From positions 11,418-75,417 of the IMG/VR virus record IMGVR_UViG_3300035703_000058: 64,000 nt of DNA; one strand, 5' to 3'. Position 1 is the first letter of the stretch. Every line of letters begins with the position of its first letter. A model generated the notes under the pieces. The model searched no databases. It saw only the letters and a list, made by a program, of their open reading frames with translations, and was not told the DNA's origin. This document shows, one piece after another, positions 9,660 to 18,261 of this stretch. Origin of the DNA: a virus. A program made the position numbers and the translations under genes.

Positions 9660-9851
9660 ATGCACGACGCGAAGGGGCAGGGTCGCCCACAACTTGAGCT
9701 GGTGCGGCACAGCGTCACCAGCGGGCCGACAGAGGAGGAGGTCAACGCCGCGCGCATCATCGCGGCGATGCAGGACGCCACACCCGAACAGCTTCTCATG
9801 CTGCGGCGGGTGGCTGAGGCGCTGGTCTACCCGGCGGCGGTCTCGGCCTGA
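9660..9851 (+). CDS. small protein, possible antirepressor
   Basis: GGAGG RBS then ATG 9660; C-terminus resembles the repressor C-terminal helices. Confidence 0.6.
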   Translation: MHDAKGQGRPQLELVRHSVTSGPTEEEVNAARIIAAMQDATPEQLLMLRRVAEALVYPAAVSA

Positions 9852-10189
9852 GCCTGCGATTCAGCGAAGAGGATGAGCCCGCGTAGAACGCGCGGTGTAA
9901 TGCGACCTATCAGGCGCGCCAGCGTGAGTAGTGTTTCCACCTGCTCGGGGTTCATCGCCGCAACCACCTCGCGGAACCGCCCCATGATGTCGTCTGGCGG
10001 CAGCGGGTCGAGGCTGACGATCAGGCCCAGCGCCTGCATCCAGGCGGTGTAGTCGGTCACCGTGACGGCGTAGGCGCCGCGCTCGGTTCGCGAGACCCAT
10101 GCCTGGTCTCGGCCCATCCGGCGCGCCAGCTCGCCCTGAGACACGCCGGCCTTGAGTCGCTCACGGCGAAGTATCGCGTTCGGGATCAT
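9827..10189 (-). CDS. XRE-family HTH repressor (cI-like)
   Basis: LRRERLKAGVSQGELARRMGRDQAWVSRTERG; divergent from cro-like gene. Confidence 0.88.
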   Translation of the reverse strand: MIPNAILRRERLKAGVSQGELARRMGRDQAWVSRTERGAYAVTVTDYTAWMQALGLIVSLDPLPPDDIMGRFREVVAAMNPEQVETLLTLARLIGRITPRVLRGLILFAESQAQAETAAG

Positions 10190-10224
10190 GGCGTCACTCT
10201 GCCCCGGCGGGGGCGACGCGGCTA

Positions 10225-10288
10225 ATGTGGGGAGCACATGAATTCCCTGTTGCCGCGCAATGCGATTGCGGCTATGTGACAGGCGCAT
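10225..10288. promoter_or_regulatory. OR-like operators and PR-like promoter
   Basis: ATGTGGGGAGCACAT (10225-10239) and ATGTGACAGGCGCAT (10274-10288); TTGCCG-17-TATGTG at 10250-10278. Confidence 0.7.
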
Positions 10289-10517
10289 GGAAGCGAACAC
10301 CACCACCGAATCCCCACTTCGACGCCTGCGCGTGGCCCATGGCATGTCGCAGCGTCAGCTCGGCCTTCACCTTGGCATCGATCAGGCCGCGGTCTCCCGC
10401 CTGGAGACTGGCGAATACGAACTGCGAGAGGCGCAGATACGCATCCTCGTGGCCGTGTTCGGCGTGTCGGCGGACGAGCTGTTGGGGTTGACATCGGTGC
10501 CCTCGGTGTCGGCGTGA
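10287..10517 (+). CDS. XRE-family HTH protein (Cro-like)
   Basis: LRRLRVAHGMSQRQLGLHLGIDQAAVSRLETG. Confidence 0.88.
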   Translation: MEANTTTESPLRRLRVAHGMSQRQLGLHLGIDQAAVSRLETGEYELREAQIRILVAVFGVSADELLGLTSVPSVSA

Positions 10518-10660
10518 AGTCCGCGTCGGCGCGGCTGTTTGAGCATCTATGCGATTGGCGCATAGAGCGTCAAACCCCGATATGACGGGTTCGTCACTTT
10601 TTCGAGAGGCCAAGATGACCGACCCCTGCACCGTCGCGCCGCGCCGCATCGGAGGTGGCC

Positions 10661-11266
10661 ATGGTCCACTTTGACGCGCCGACTTGGCTGACCGGCGAGG
10701 CCAGCACGCCCGGGAAGAAGCACGCCAAGGCGGCACAGACGGGTCGTGAAGGCCAGCGCCGGGGACTTGGCTTCGAGGACGCGCTCGATGGCCTGCACGC
10801 CGCCTACAACGCCGCCGGGCGCGCGTGGGTAATCAAGGTGCCGGCGCCCTATCGGGTGCTGGGCAAGCCCACCGGCAGCCGGTTCACGGCGGCTTGGGAG
10901 GGCGAAGGTCCGCCCGACTATGCCGGCGCCGTCGGTGGCCGCCCGATCTGCTTCGATGCCAAGCAGACCGCCGGGGACCGATGGAGCTTTGACGCGCTCG
11001 CGCCGCATCAGGCCCAGCACTTCGACCGGGCGGCCGCGCAGGGCGTTGCCTGCTTCGTCCTGCTGTGGCTCGACGGCAACGTCTGGTTGGTGCCGTGGGC
11101 GACGCTGGGGCCGCGGTGGTGGGCTTGGCGCGAGCGGCGGGCGCTGCGTGAAGCCGTCCCCTATGGCAGCGCCTCGCTGTCTACGGCGGGTCTGCACGAC
11201 GTTGGCCACCGCTGTCAGGGCTACGACTGGCTGCCGGTTTTCTCGCGGCTGTGGGGGGCGCCATGA
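10661..11266 (+). CDS. RecU-like Holliday junction resolvase
   Basis: RGLGFE...Y...IKVP...PDYAG...ICFDAKQT...HQ motifs. Confidence 0.85.
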   Translation: MVHFDAPTWLTGEASTPGKKHAKAAQTGREGQRRGLGFEDALDGLHAAYNAAGRAWVIKVPAPYRVLGKPTGSRFTAAWEGEGPPDYAGAVGGRPICFDAKQTAGDRWSFDALAPHQAQHFDRAAAQGVACFVLLWLDGNVWLVPWATLGPRWWAWRERRALREAVPYGSASLSTAGLHDVGHRCQGYDWLPVFSRLWGAP

Positions 11267-11811
11267 TCGCCGTTCGCCCCGGGCGCCGCGCCTACGACGT
11301 GCTGCGCCTCATCGTCGACAGCCCGGGCGAGCACACCGCCGCCACGCTGGTGGACGCGCTCGACCCGGCGCCGCGGCGCACGGTGCCCTTCACCCGTGAC
11401 GACCCGCCGTCGAGGTGGGCCGCGATGGTGGCTGAGCACCGCCGCGCGAGTTGCGCGCGCATGGCGCGCCTGCTCGGGAAGCTGGTTGAACAGGGGCTGA
11501 TCGCCAAGGTGATGCCGCCCCGGCTGAGCCCGGAGTTCCTGGCGATGGCAGCCATCGGGGGCGCCGAGCGTGCGCTCTTCCACGCCCACCCGGCGTTTCC
11601 GGCGCGGCCCAAGGACCTGCTGCACGGGCACCTGGAGATGGTGCGGCAGGTGGAAGAACTACCCGGGTCGGCGCGCGATCTGCTCGGCGCCCGGCCCAGC
11701 GGCGCCCGCCAGCGCGTGTACCGCGAGTTGATCGGCTGGGGCGTGGTGGTCGCGCCGCAGCAGCGGTGGCCGACCGAGGCGGGGGTCGCGCTGATTCGGG
11801 GTGGCGCATGA
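11263..11811 (+). CDS. hypothetical protein, possible winged helix
   Basis: Coupled ORF in the rightward operon. Confidence 0.6.
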   Translation: MIAVRPGRRAYDVLRLIVDSPGEHTAATLVDALDPAPRRTVPFTRDDPPSRWAAMVAEHRRASCARMARLLGKLVEQGLIAKVMPPRLSPEFLAMAAIGGAERALFHAHPAFPARPKDLLHGHLEMVRQVEELPGSARDLLGARPSGARQRVYRELIGWGVVVAPQQRWPTEAGVALIRGGA

Positions 11812-12020
11812 GTCAGCTCACCCTGCTGGCGTCGCCGACGCCGTGGCGGCCCGGGCTGCGCGGGCTCGCGTGGTTCATCGAGGGCGGGCGCTGGGCCTCC
11901 ATGCTCGTGCTGGCCGTCGAGGGCGACCGCGTGCGCGGCGCCACCAACGAGGGCATTCGCGTCCTCGATGCCCGGGCGCTTCACCCACGCCCGCACAGCC
12001 TTGGGGGTCGCCGTGGCTGA
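11808..12020 (+). CDS. small hypothetical protein
   Basis: ATG overlaps upstream stop (MSQLTLL). Confidence 0.5.
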   Translation: MSQLTLLASPTPWRPGLRGLAWFIEGGRWASMLVLAVEGDRVRGATNEGIRVLDARALHPRPHSLGGRRG

Positions 12021-12888
12021 GCCCTTCGTCCGCTGGGTCGGCGGTTCACAGCGGTCGCTCGGGGCGCTGCGCGAGCGCCTGCCCGCCGATGCGGCGCGGC
12101 GCCGCTACGTGGACCCCTTCCTCGGTGGCGGCGCGCTGCTGTGGGCGCTGAAGCCCCGGCGGGCGCTGGTCTCCGATGCGTGCGCCCCGCTGATCGCGGC
12201 GTGGCGCGCGCTGCGCGATGCGCCCGAAGAGCTGCTGCGCGAGCTGGCGGTGCTGCAGGCGCTGCGTGAGACGACCGACCTGCCGAGCTGGTATCGGCTC
12301 GTGACCGACCTGCTCGGGCAGGACGGCACCGACGTCGAGCGCGGCGCCCGGCTGATCGCCGTGAACAGGTCCTGCTACAACGGGCTGTGGCGGGAGAACG
12401 GATCGGGTCGGTTCAACGTGGCGCTCGACCCGGCGTCGGCCAAGCGCGACCTCGTGCGGGCGGACCTGCTGCGGGGCTGTGCGGCGGTGCTCGGCACCAT
12501 GGACATCGAGGTCTACGCTCGGTCTTGGGAGGCCACCGTCGAGGCGGCCGGGTCGGGTGATTTCGTCTACGCCGACCCGCCCTATGACGCTGAGGTAGAC
12601 GAGGGCGCCCAGCCCAGCCTGATCGGTGGCCCGCCCGCCGTCGAAGGGCACCGCTACACCGCCGCCGGTTGGATTCGCGGCGACCTGGTGCGCCTGGCGG
12701 ACGCCCTCGCTGTGGCCCGGGACCGCGGCGCCTACGTTCTCAGCACGAACAACCCCACCACCTTCGCCGTCCAGCTCTTCGAGGCCCGCGGCTTCCGCTT
12801 CGACGTGGTGCAGACGCCGCGCTCGGTCAGCCGCGATGGGGCCGGTCGCGGAGTGGTGAATGAGCTTATCGCCGTGGGGGTGCCGTGA
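12013..12888 (+). CDS. dam: Dam-family DNA adenine methyltransferase
   Basis: PFVRWVGG, YVDPFLGGG, NRSCYNGLWRENGSGRFNV, DFVYADPPY. Confidence 0.92.
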   Translation: MAEPFVRWVGGSQRSLGALRERLPADAARRRYVDPFLGGGALLWALKPRRALVSDACAPLIAAWRALRDAPEELLRELAVLQALRETTDLPSWYRLVTDLLGQDGTDVERGARLIAVNRSCYNGLWRENGSGRFNVALDPASAKRDLVRADLLRGCAAVLGTMDIEVYARSWEATVEAAGSGDFVYADPPYDAEVDEGAQPSLIGGPPAVEGHRYTAAGWIRGDLVRLADALAVARDRGAYVLSTNNPTTFAVQLFEARGFRFDVVQTPRSVSRDGAGRGVVNELIAVGVP

Positions 12889-13982
12889 TCCCACTCTACA
12901 CCAGCCGCCGCACGTCCGCCTATTTCGGTGACTGCCGCGACGTGCTCGCCCACCTGATCGCCAAGCGCGGGGCCTTCGCCTCGATGGCTTGGATCGACGG
13001 CCCCTACGGCATGGGCAAGGGCGAATGGGATCGGCTCACCGGCGCGCGGCACAACCGGAGTGCGGTCCCTGACGAGGCGGTGGAGGCGCGCGTCTCCCGC
13101 TATGTGGACCTGCTCTCGGACCTCGACCCGGACGGCGCCGACCTCGCCGCGTGGTACGCGCCCGTGCTGTATAGGATCTCGGCGGCGTGCCTCCAGTCGG
13201 CGAGTGCCTACGTCTGGAACACGGACGCGGGCGAGGCGGTGTTGCGCCCGATCATGCAGGCGCTTGGGTGGACGTTCCGGGGGCGGGTGACTTGGGACAA
13301 GATGACCACCAAGGCACTCATCGGTGCCAATGACATGCGGACCTGGCTGGACGTCACCGAGGTCTGCGGCTTCTACCAGCGGGAGCCGGCGGATCTGTTC
13401 GAGGCCCTTGCGAGTCGGATGTGCTCAGAGCGTGACCGTGTTGGCGTGAGCCGGGCCGCGATCGATGCTGCTGCTGGTACGTCGAATGTCTCGCAGTACT
13501 GGTGGCAGTCGCGAGGCTGGAGGCTTCCCACCCGCCCGATGTGGGACATCCTACAGCGTGTTTCCGGCGGGTTCCGCTGGGATTGGGAGGACTTGAGGCG
13601 CGAGGAGGAGGGGGTCCGTGCGGCATGTCCGGCCTTCTCTGCCCCCATCGGCGTCTCCAACGTTTGGCGCCACAACGCCGTGAGCGGGTCGGAGCGGTTG
13701 CGCATCAACGGCGAGGCCCACCCCTGCCAGAAGCCGCTCGCGTTCGCTGAGCGCGCCATCCTCGCCAGCACGCGCCCCGGCGAAGTCGTGTTGGATCCCT
13801 TCGCTGGGACTTGCCGCTGTGCCGTCGCTGTCGAGCGCCTGCCCGCCTCCGAAGCCCGCGAGGTGGTCAGCATCGACACGGACCGATGCTGGCTCGAAGC
13901 CGTGCGGCCCTCGCTCCTGAGCGATCCGATGGCGACCGCGACCGCGGCGCAACCCTCACTGTTCGGAGGCTCTCGTGAGTAG
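12885..13982 (+). CDS. N4-cytosine/N6-adenine DNA methyltransferase (beta class) with HTH-like insertion
   Basis: GDC, IDGPY (motif IV variant), HPCQKP, VLDPFAGT. Confidence 0.85.
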   Translation: MIPLYTSRRTSAYFGDCRDVLAHLIAKRGAFASMAWIDGPYGMGKGEWDRLTGARHNRSAVPDEAVEARVSRYVDLLSDLDPDGADLAAWYAPVLYRISAACLQSASAYVWNTDAGEAVLRPIMQALGWTFRGRVTWDKMTTKALIGANDMRTWLDVTEVCGFYQREPADLFEALASRMCSERDRVGVSRAAIDAAAGTSNVSQYWWQSRGWRLPTRPMWDILQRVSGGFRWDWEDLRREEEGVRAACPAFSAPIGVSNVWRHNAVSGSERLRINGEAHPCQKPLAFAERAILASTRPGEVVLDPFAGTCRCAVAVERLPASEAREVVSIDTDRCWLEAVRPSLLSDPMATATAAQPSLFGGSRE

Positions 13983-14565
13983 CTGGCCCGCTCCCGTCTC
14001 AATAGAATGGGGTCCGCCCGGCGACAGCTCGTCTCCGTGGCGCATCGTCCTGCGCTGCCGGTGGGGCGAAGGTCCGCCGCTGGTCGTCTGCGGGCTTAAC
14101 CCGTCCACGGCGGACGCGGACAAGCCAGATCCGACTTGTGTCCGGTGGCTGGGCATGGCGCAGCGCTGGGGCTTCTCGGCGCTCACCGTCGCCAACGTCT
14201 ACCCGCTGCGGGCGACGTCACCGAAGGACCTGGAGCACGGGCGCTTCGCCATCGAGGGGCATGAGCCGCGCATCGTCGGACGCCTGCCCCCGGACGAGGT
14301 GCGCGACACCCTGGAAGCGCAACGCAACGAGGCGGTGAGGGCGTGCGGGTTGCTCCTGTGTTGTTGGGGTGCGGGTGGACCCGCCAGCTCCGCCTTCTGG
14401 GGTGGCGCGCCCGGCTTTCCCCGCCTTGTGTACCTGCACCGCGCTAACGGCTGCCCGATCCACCCGCTCGCCCGGATCAAGGGCGTCGAGGTGTCCAAGC
14501 TTCGCCCCCGATGCTGGTGGACGGGGAAGCTTGTTCCGCTTCCGATCGACAAGGGAGACGCATGA
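13975..14565 (+). CDS. DUF1643-family protein
   Basis: GLNPSTAD...DPT...WG...VANVYPLRATSPKDL...WG...HPL. Confidence 0.85.
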   Translation: MSSWPAPVSIEWGPPGDSSSPWRIVLRCRWGEGPPLVVCGLNPSTADADKPDPTCVRWLGMAQRWGFSALTVANVYPLRATSPKDLEHGRFAIEGHEPRIVGRLPPDEVRDTLEAQRNEAVRACGLLLCCWGAGGPASSAFWGGAPGFPRLVYLHRANGCPIHPLARIKGVEVSKLRPRCWWTGKLVPLPIDKGDA

Positions 14566-16649
14566 CGCCGCGTTACAAAGCCGTAGACCTGTTCGCCGGG
14601 GGCGGCGGTGCCTCGCTGGGCATCGAGTGGGCGCTTGGCGTGCCGCCCGTGTTGGCGGTCAACCACTGCCCGGCGGCGATACACATGCACGCCGCCAATC
14701 ACCCACAGACGATACATCTTACCGAGGATGTGTTTGACGTTTCGCCGTGGACCGTACACACCGGCGGCAAGGGACTGGATCTGCTTTGGGCCTCGCCGTC
14801 CTGCACGCACTTCTCCAGGGCGCGAGGCGGTAAGCCAGTCCGCGAGCAATTGCGCACGCTCGGTTGGGTGGTGGTCGAGTGGGCGCGGGCCATCGCCCCC
14901 CGCGTAATAATCACAGAGAACGTTGCTGAGATGCTCACGTGGGGTCCGCTGAATGGCGACGGCACCCCGATCAAGGCGCGGGCGGGCGAGACGTTCCGGG
15001 AGTGGGTAAAAGCGCTCCAGCTCGCGGGATATCGTGTCGAGTGGCGCATCCTCAACGCGGCCGACTTCGGCGCGCCGACGCGCCGCAAGCGCCTGTTCAT
15101 CGTCGCCCGGCGCGACCGTGAGCCGATCCGATGGCCGACACCGACGCACGGGAACGGGCTCGCACCGTGTGGGATCGTCGCCGACTGCATCGACTGGAGC
15201 ATCCCATGTCCGTCGATCTTCACCCGCAAGAAACCGCTGGCCGCCGCGACCTTGCGCCGCGTGGTCGAGGGCATCCGACGCTACGTGCTGAACGGGCGAC
15301 CCTTTCTGGTCAACCTCACGCACGGCGCCCGGGTGGAAAACGTCGATGAGCCCGCGCGCACCATCACCGGCGCCCACCGCGGCGAGAAGGCGGTCGTTGG
15401 TCCGCACCTGCTCAACCTGAGCCATGGCGGTCGCTCGGAGCCCGTGGACGAGCCGGCGCGGACCCTGACGGCGACGCCCAAGGGCGGTGACCGGATGGTG
15501 GTGGCGCCGATGTTCACCCGTGCGCATGGGCACGGCTGGGATTGTGGCGGTGGACCCTCAACACCGCCTGATGGGTTGCTGCCAACCCTGACGGCGACGG
15601 ACGAGCACGCGCTGGGCGCCGGCCATCTCGTCAAGCTCTACGGCAAGTCCACCGTCGCGGACATCGCCGAGCCCATGCCGACCATCACGGGCACCGACAA
15701 GCTGGGGCTGGCGTGCGCGTTCCTGGACAAGATGCGGGGCTCAGCGCGTGCGGGCCAGCGCATCGATCAGCTGGCGCCCACCGCGACCGCTGGAGGTGAG
15801 CATCAGGCGCTCATCGCGGCGAGCATCGTGCGCCACAACGGCACCACGCCCGGCCACGGCAACGCGGGCCGGGCGATGAACGAGCCCTTGGGCGCGGTGA
15901 CCTCGGTGGACACCCACGGGCTGATGTCGGCCTATCTGGTGAGTACCGCGAATGGCGAGCGCGAAGGCCAGCGGCCACGAGCGCGGCCTGTCACCGAGCC
16001 GCTGACCACCGTGACCGTGACGGGCTCGCCGGGCGCCATCGTGGGCGTCGGCCTCGCCCGCTATCATGGTGAGCGGCGGGACGGGGAAAACCCCCGTGTG
16101 GATGCGCTGGATGCGGCCATGCCGGTCCAGACGACGGAGAACCGCTTCGGCCTGATCGCGGGCAGCCTCGTCGCCTACTACGGCTCCGAGACCGACGGGC
16201 AGGGCCTGAACGAGCCGCTGCGCACGGTGCCAACGAAGGACCGCTTCGCGCACGTCGATTGCGACCTTCGCCAGCAGCTCACGGACGCGCAGCTCGACAC
16301 GGCGCTCGCGGTGGGTCAACTCCTGACCGCGCATGGCGTCGCGGTGGGTGCCGATGGCCTGGTGAGCCTGATTGTCGACGGCGAGCTGTACGTGCTCGTA
16401 GACATCGGGCTGCGGATGCTCACACCGCGCGAGTTGGCCCGGGCGCAAGGTTTCCCGGACACCTACCTGCTGACCGGCACCCGCAGCGAGCAGATCGCCC
16501 GCATCGGCAACAGCGTCTGCCCGCCCGTGGTGGAGGCGCTCGTTCGGGCGCAGCTTCGGCCCGAGACCGTGCGTTGGGTCGTAGATGACCCCCGCGGTGG
16601 TGTGCGCCGCCCACCTGTGCGCACACGCCAGACGAGCGCGCAGGCATGA
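14562..16649 (+). CDS. DNA cytosine-5 methyltransferase with repeat-rich variable region
   Basis: DLFAGGGG, WASPSCTHFS, ENV, AADFGAPTRRKRLF, RMLTPRELARAQGF, IGNSVCP. Confidence 0.93.
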   Translation: MTPRYKAVDLFAGGGGASLGIEWALGVPPVLAVNHCPAAIHMHAANHPQTIHLTEDVFDVSPWTVHTGGKGLDLLWASPSCTHFSRARGGKPVREQLRTLGWVVVEWARAIAPRVIITENVAEMLTWGPLNGDGTPIKARAGETFREWVKALQLAGYRVEWRILNAADFGAPTRRKRLFIVARRDREPIRWPTPTHGNGLAPCGIVADCIDWSIPCPSIFTRKKPLAAATLRRVVEGIRRYVLNGRPFLVNLTHGARVENVDEPARTITGAHRGEKAVVGPHLLNLSHGGRSEPVDEPARTLTATPKGGDRMVVAPMFTRAHGHGWDCGGGPSTPPDGLLPTLTATDEHALGAGHLVKLYGKSTVADIAEPMPTITGTDKLGLACAFLDKMRGSARAGQRIDQLAPTATAGGEHQALIAASIVRHNGTTPGHGNAGRAMNEPLGAVTSVDTHGLMSAYLVSTANGEREGQRPRARPVTEPLTTVTVTGSPGAIVGVGLARYHGERRDGENPRVDALDAAMPVQTTENRFGLIAGSLVAYYGSETDGQGLNEPLRTVPTKDRFAHVDCDLRQQLTDAQLDTALAVGQLLTAHGVAVGADGLVSLIVDGELYVLVDIGLRMLTPRELARAQGFPDTYLLTGTRSEQIARIGNSVCPPVVEALVRAQLRPETVRWVVDDPRGGVRRPPVRTRQTSAQA

Positions 16650-17038
16650 GCGGCGAAATGATGGCCACCCTACGCCGCTTTTGCAGCCTGCCACGCGCCC
16701 GCCTGCGGGCACGCGCGTACACATATGCGCAGGCAGGCACGCGCGGGCGCGACGATGCCCCGAAAGGCACGGGGCAACCTGCGATGACGCCGCCCCAGCG
16801 CCAAGCCGTTGCCGACACCGACCCGGCGGTGCCCCGCGGCGCCCACGGGCTCGTCATCCACCACACCGCCACGGCGGGCCGCCACGCCGTCGAGGTGGTG
16901 GTCGGCCCGCGGTTGTCCTGTGCCGCCATCGCCGCCAGCCCGGACGAGGCGCTGCGCGTGGCCGTCGCCCTGTCACAAAGCTTCGCGCCCGGCCACCCGG
17001 GCCTCGCTGAACTGCTCGCCCCTCGGAGGTCGCCATGA
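16646..17038 (+). CDS. hypothetical protein
   Basis: Coupled ORF; true start uncertain. Confidence 0.45.
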   Translation: MSGEMMATLRRFCSLPRARLRARAYTYAQAGTRGRDDAPKGTGQPAMTPPQRQAVADTDPAVPRGAHGLVIHHTATAGRHAVEVVVGPRLSCAAIAASPDEALRVAVALSQSFAPGHPGLAELLAPRRSP

Positions 17039-18261
17039 CTGCTCCCCCCCGCTACGAGATGCGCGCTGCGGCTGTCGCCGCAATCAAGCCGCGGTCATGC
17101 TTGGTGGTCTACCTCGTGCTGGTGGACCGGCTCGGCGACAACGCGACCTGCTGGCCCAAGGTCGGGTCCATCATGGCGGACACCGGCTGTGCCGAGCGCA
17201 CCGTGCAGGCCGCCCTTCGCGTGTTGGAGCAGACCGGCTGGATCGCGCAGGTCAAGGACAGCGACCGTCGGGCCAACGAGTACAGCCTGCACATCGGGGG
17301 CGCCATCGAGCGCGTCACGAAGGCGAGGGACGCGCACGAGGTTGCACCCGATGGTGCAGCCGATTGCACCCCTGCTGAGGCGCAAGGGATTGCACCCATG
17401 GGTGCAGCCGATTGCGCCGATGGGTGCAATCCGTTGCGGCTTGGGGTGCAATCCGCTGCACCCGAACCTGTCCATGAACACCTACAAGAACAAGAAATAA
17501 CTCCAAAACGCGCCTGTGTGCCCACACACGCACACGAGGCCCCCTCGCAGCCCGCCCAACTCAGCCTCACGCCGGAGCCGCAACCGGCACCCAAGCCGCA
17601 GCCCCAGTCGCAGCCCAAGCGACCGTCGAAGCCACAGCCCCCGAAGCCGGAGCCGCTGGACCCGGCGGTGTGGGATCGCTTCGCCGCGCTGGCCGTCGAG
17701 TCGGGCCAGGTCGGCAAGCTCCCGGAGCCCGGGGCGCAAAGCTACCAGAAGGGCAAGACCCGGGCCGACGTGCTGGCCGCGCTGGTGGCCGAGCACGGCG
17801 CCGAACGGGTGCTGGCGGTCTGGCGGCACACGCTGACCTCGCCGCGGAAGGACCCGACGTGGTGGCGAACGAACCGCGAAGGACCCTCGCTGATCGGCGC
17901 ATTCCTGGCCGGGGAAGCGTTTCAGAAGCTCGCCGACGACCTGGAGGCGGCCCAATCGCGGGTCGCCAAGCCCAAGCTCGTCTCGGTGCTCACCCTTGAT
18001 GGCTTGCACCCGATCGACAAGCTCGTCGCGGTGATCCGCCAGTTCGGCGACGAGCCGCCCGCGGAGGAGGTCACCCGGGCCGCGTGCGGCACCGCCGAGC
18101 ACTTCGCCGACGTGGTCGAGGCGGCGCGCTACGTCGGCCGCTGGGGCGGCGGCAGGGGCACCGTGCGGGCCGGGTGGTATCAAATCTACCAGAACCCGAG
18201 TAGCGCGGCGGACTTTCGTAAGGATTGGGATCGCGCCCAGCCGATGCGGCAGGCCCAATGA
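17035..18261 (+). CDS. phage replication initiator (N-terminal winged HTH, lambda O-like layout)
   Basis: CWPKVGSIMADTGCAERTVQAALRVLEQTGWI...NEY; internal iterons; followed by dnaB. Confidence 0.85.
   Translation: MTAPPRYEMRAAAVAAIKPRSCLVVYLVLVDRLGDNATCWPKVGSIMADTGCAERTVQAALRVLEQTGWIAQVKDSDRRANEYSLHIGGAIERVTKARDAHEVAPDGAADCTPAEAQGIAPMGAADCADGCNPLRLGVQSAAPEPVHEHLQEQEITPKRACVPTHAHEAPSQPAQLSLTPEPQPAPKPQPQSQPKRPSKPQPPKPEPLDPAVWDRFAALAVESGQVGKLPEPGAQSYQKGKTRADVLAALVAEHGAERVLAVWRHTLTSPRKDPTWWRTNREGPSLIGAFLAGEAFQKLADDLEAAQSRVAKPKLVSVLTLDGLHPIDKLVAVIRQFGDEPPAEEVTRAACGTAEHFADVVEAARYVGRWGGGRGTVRAGWYQIYQNPSSAADFRKDWDRAQPMRQAQ
17342..17510. repeat. iteron cluster plus A-rich tract, probable replication origin
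   Basis: About nine TTGCACCC/GGGTGCA(A/G) copies in both orientations, then AAGAACAAGAAATAACTCCAAAAC. Confidence 0.75.
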
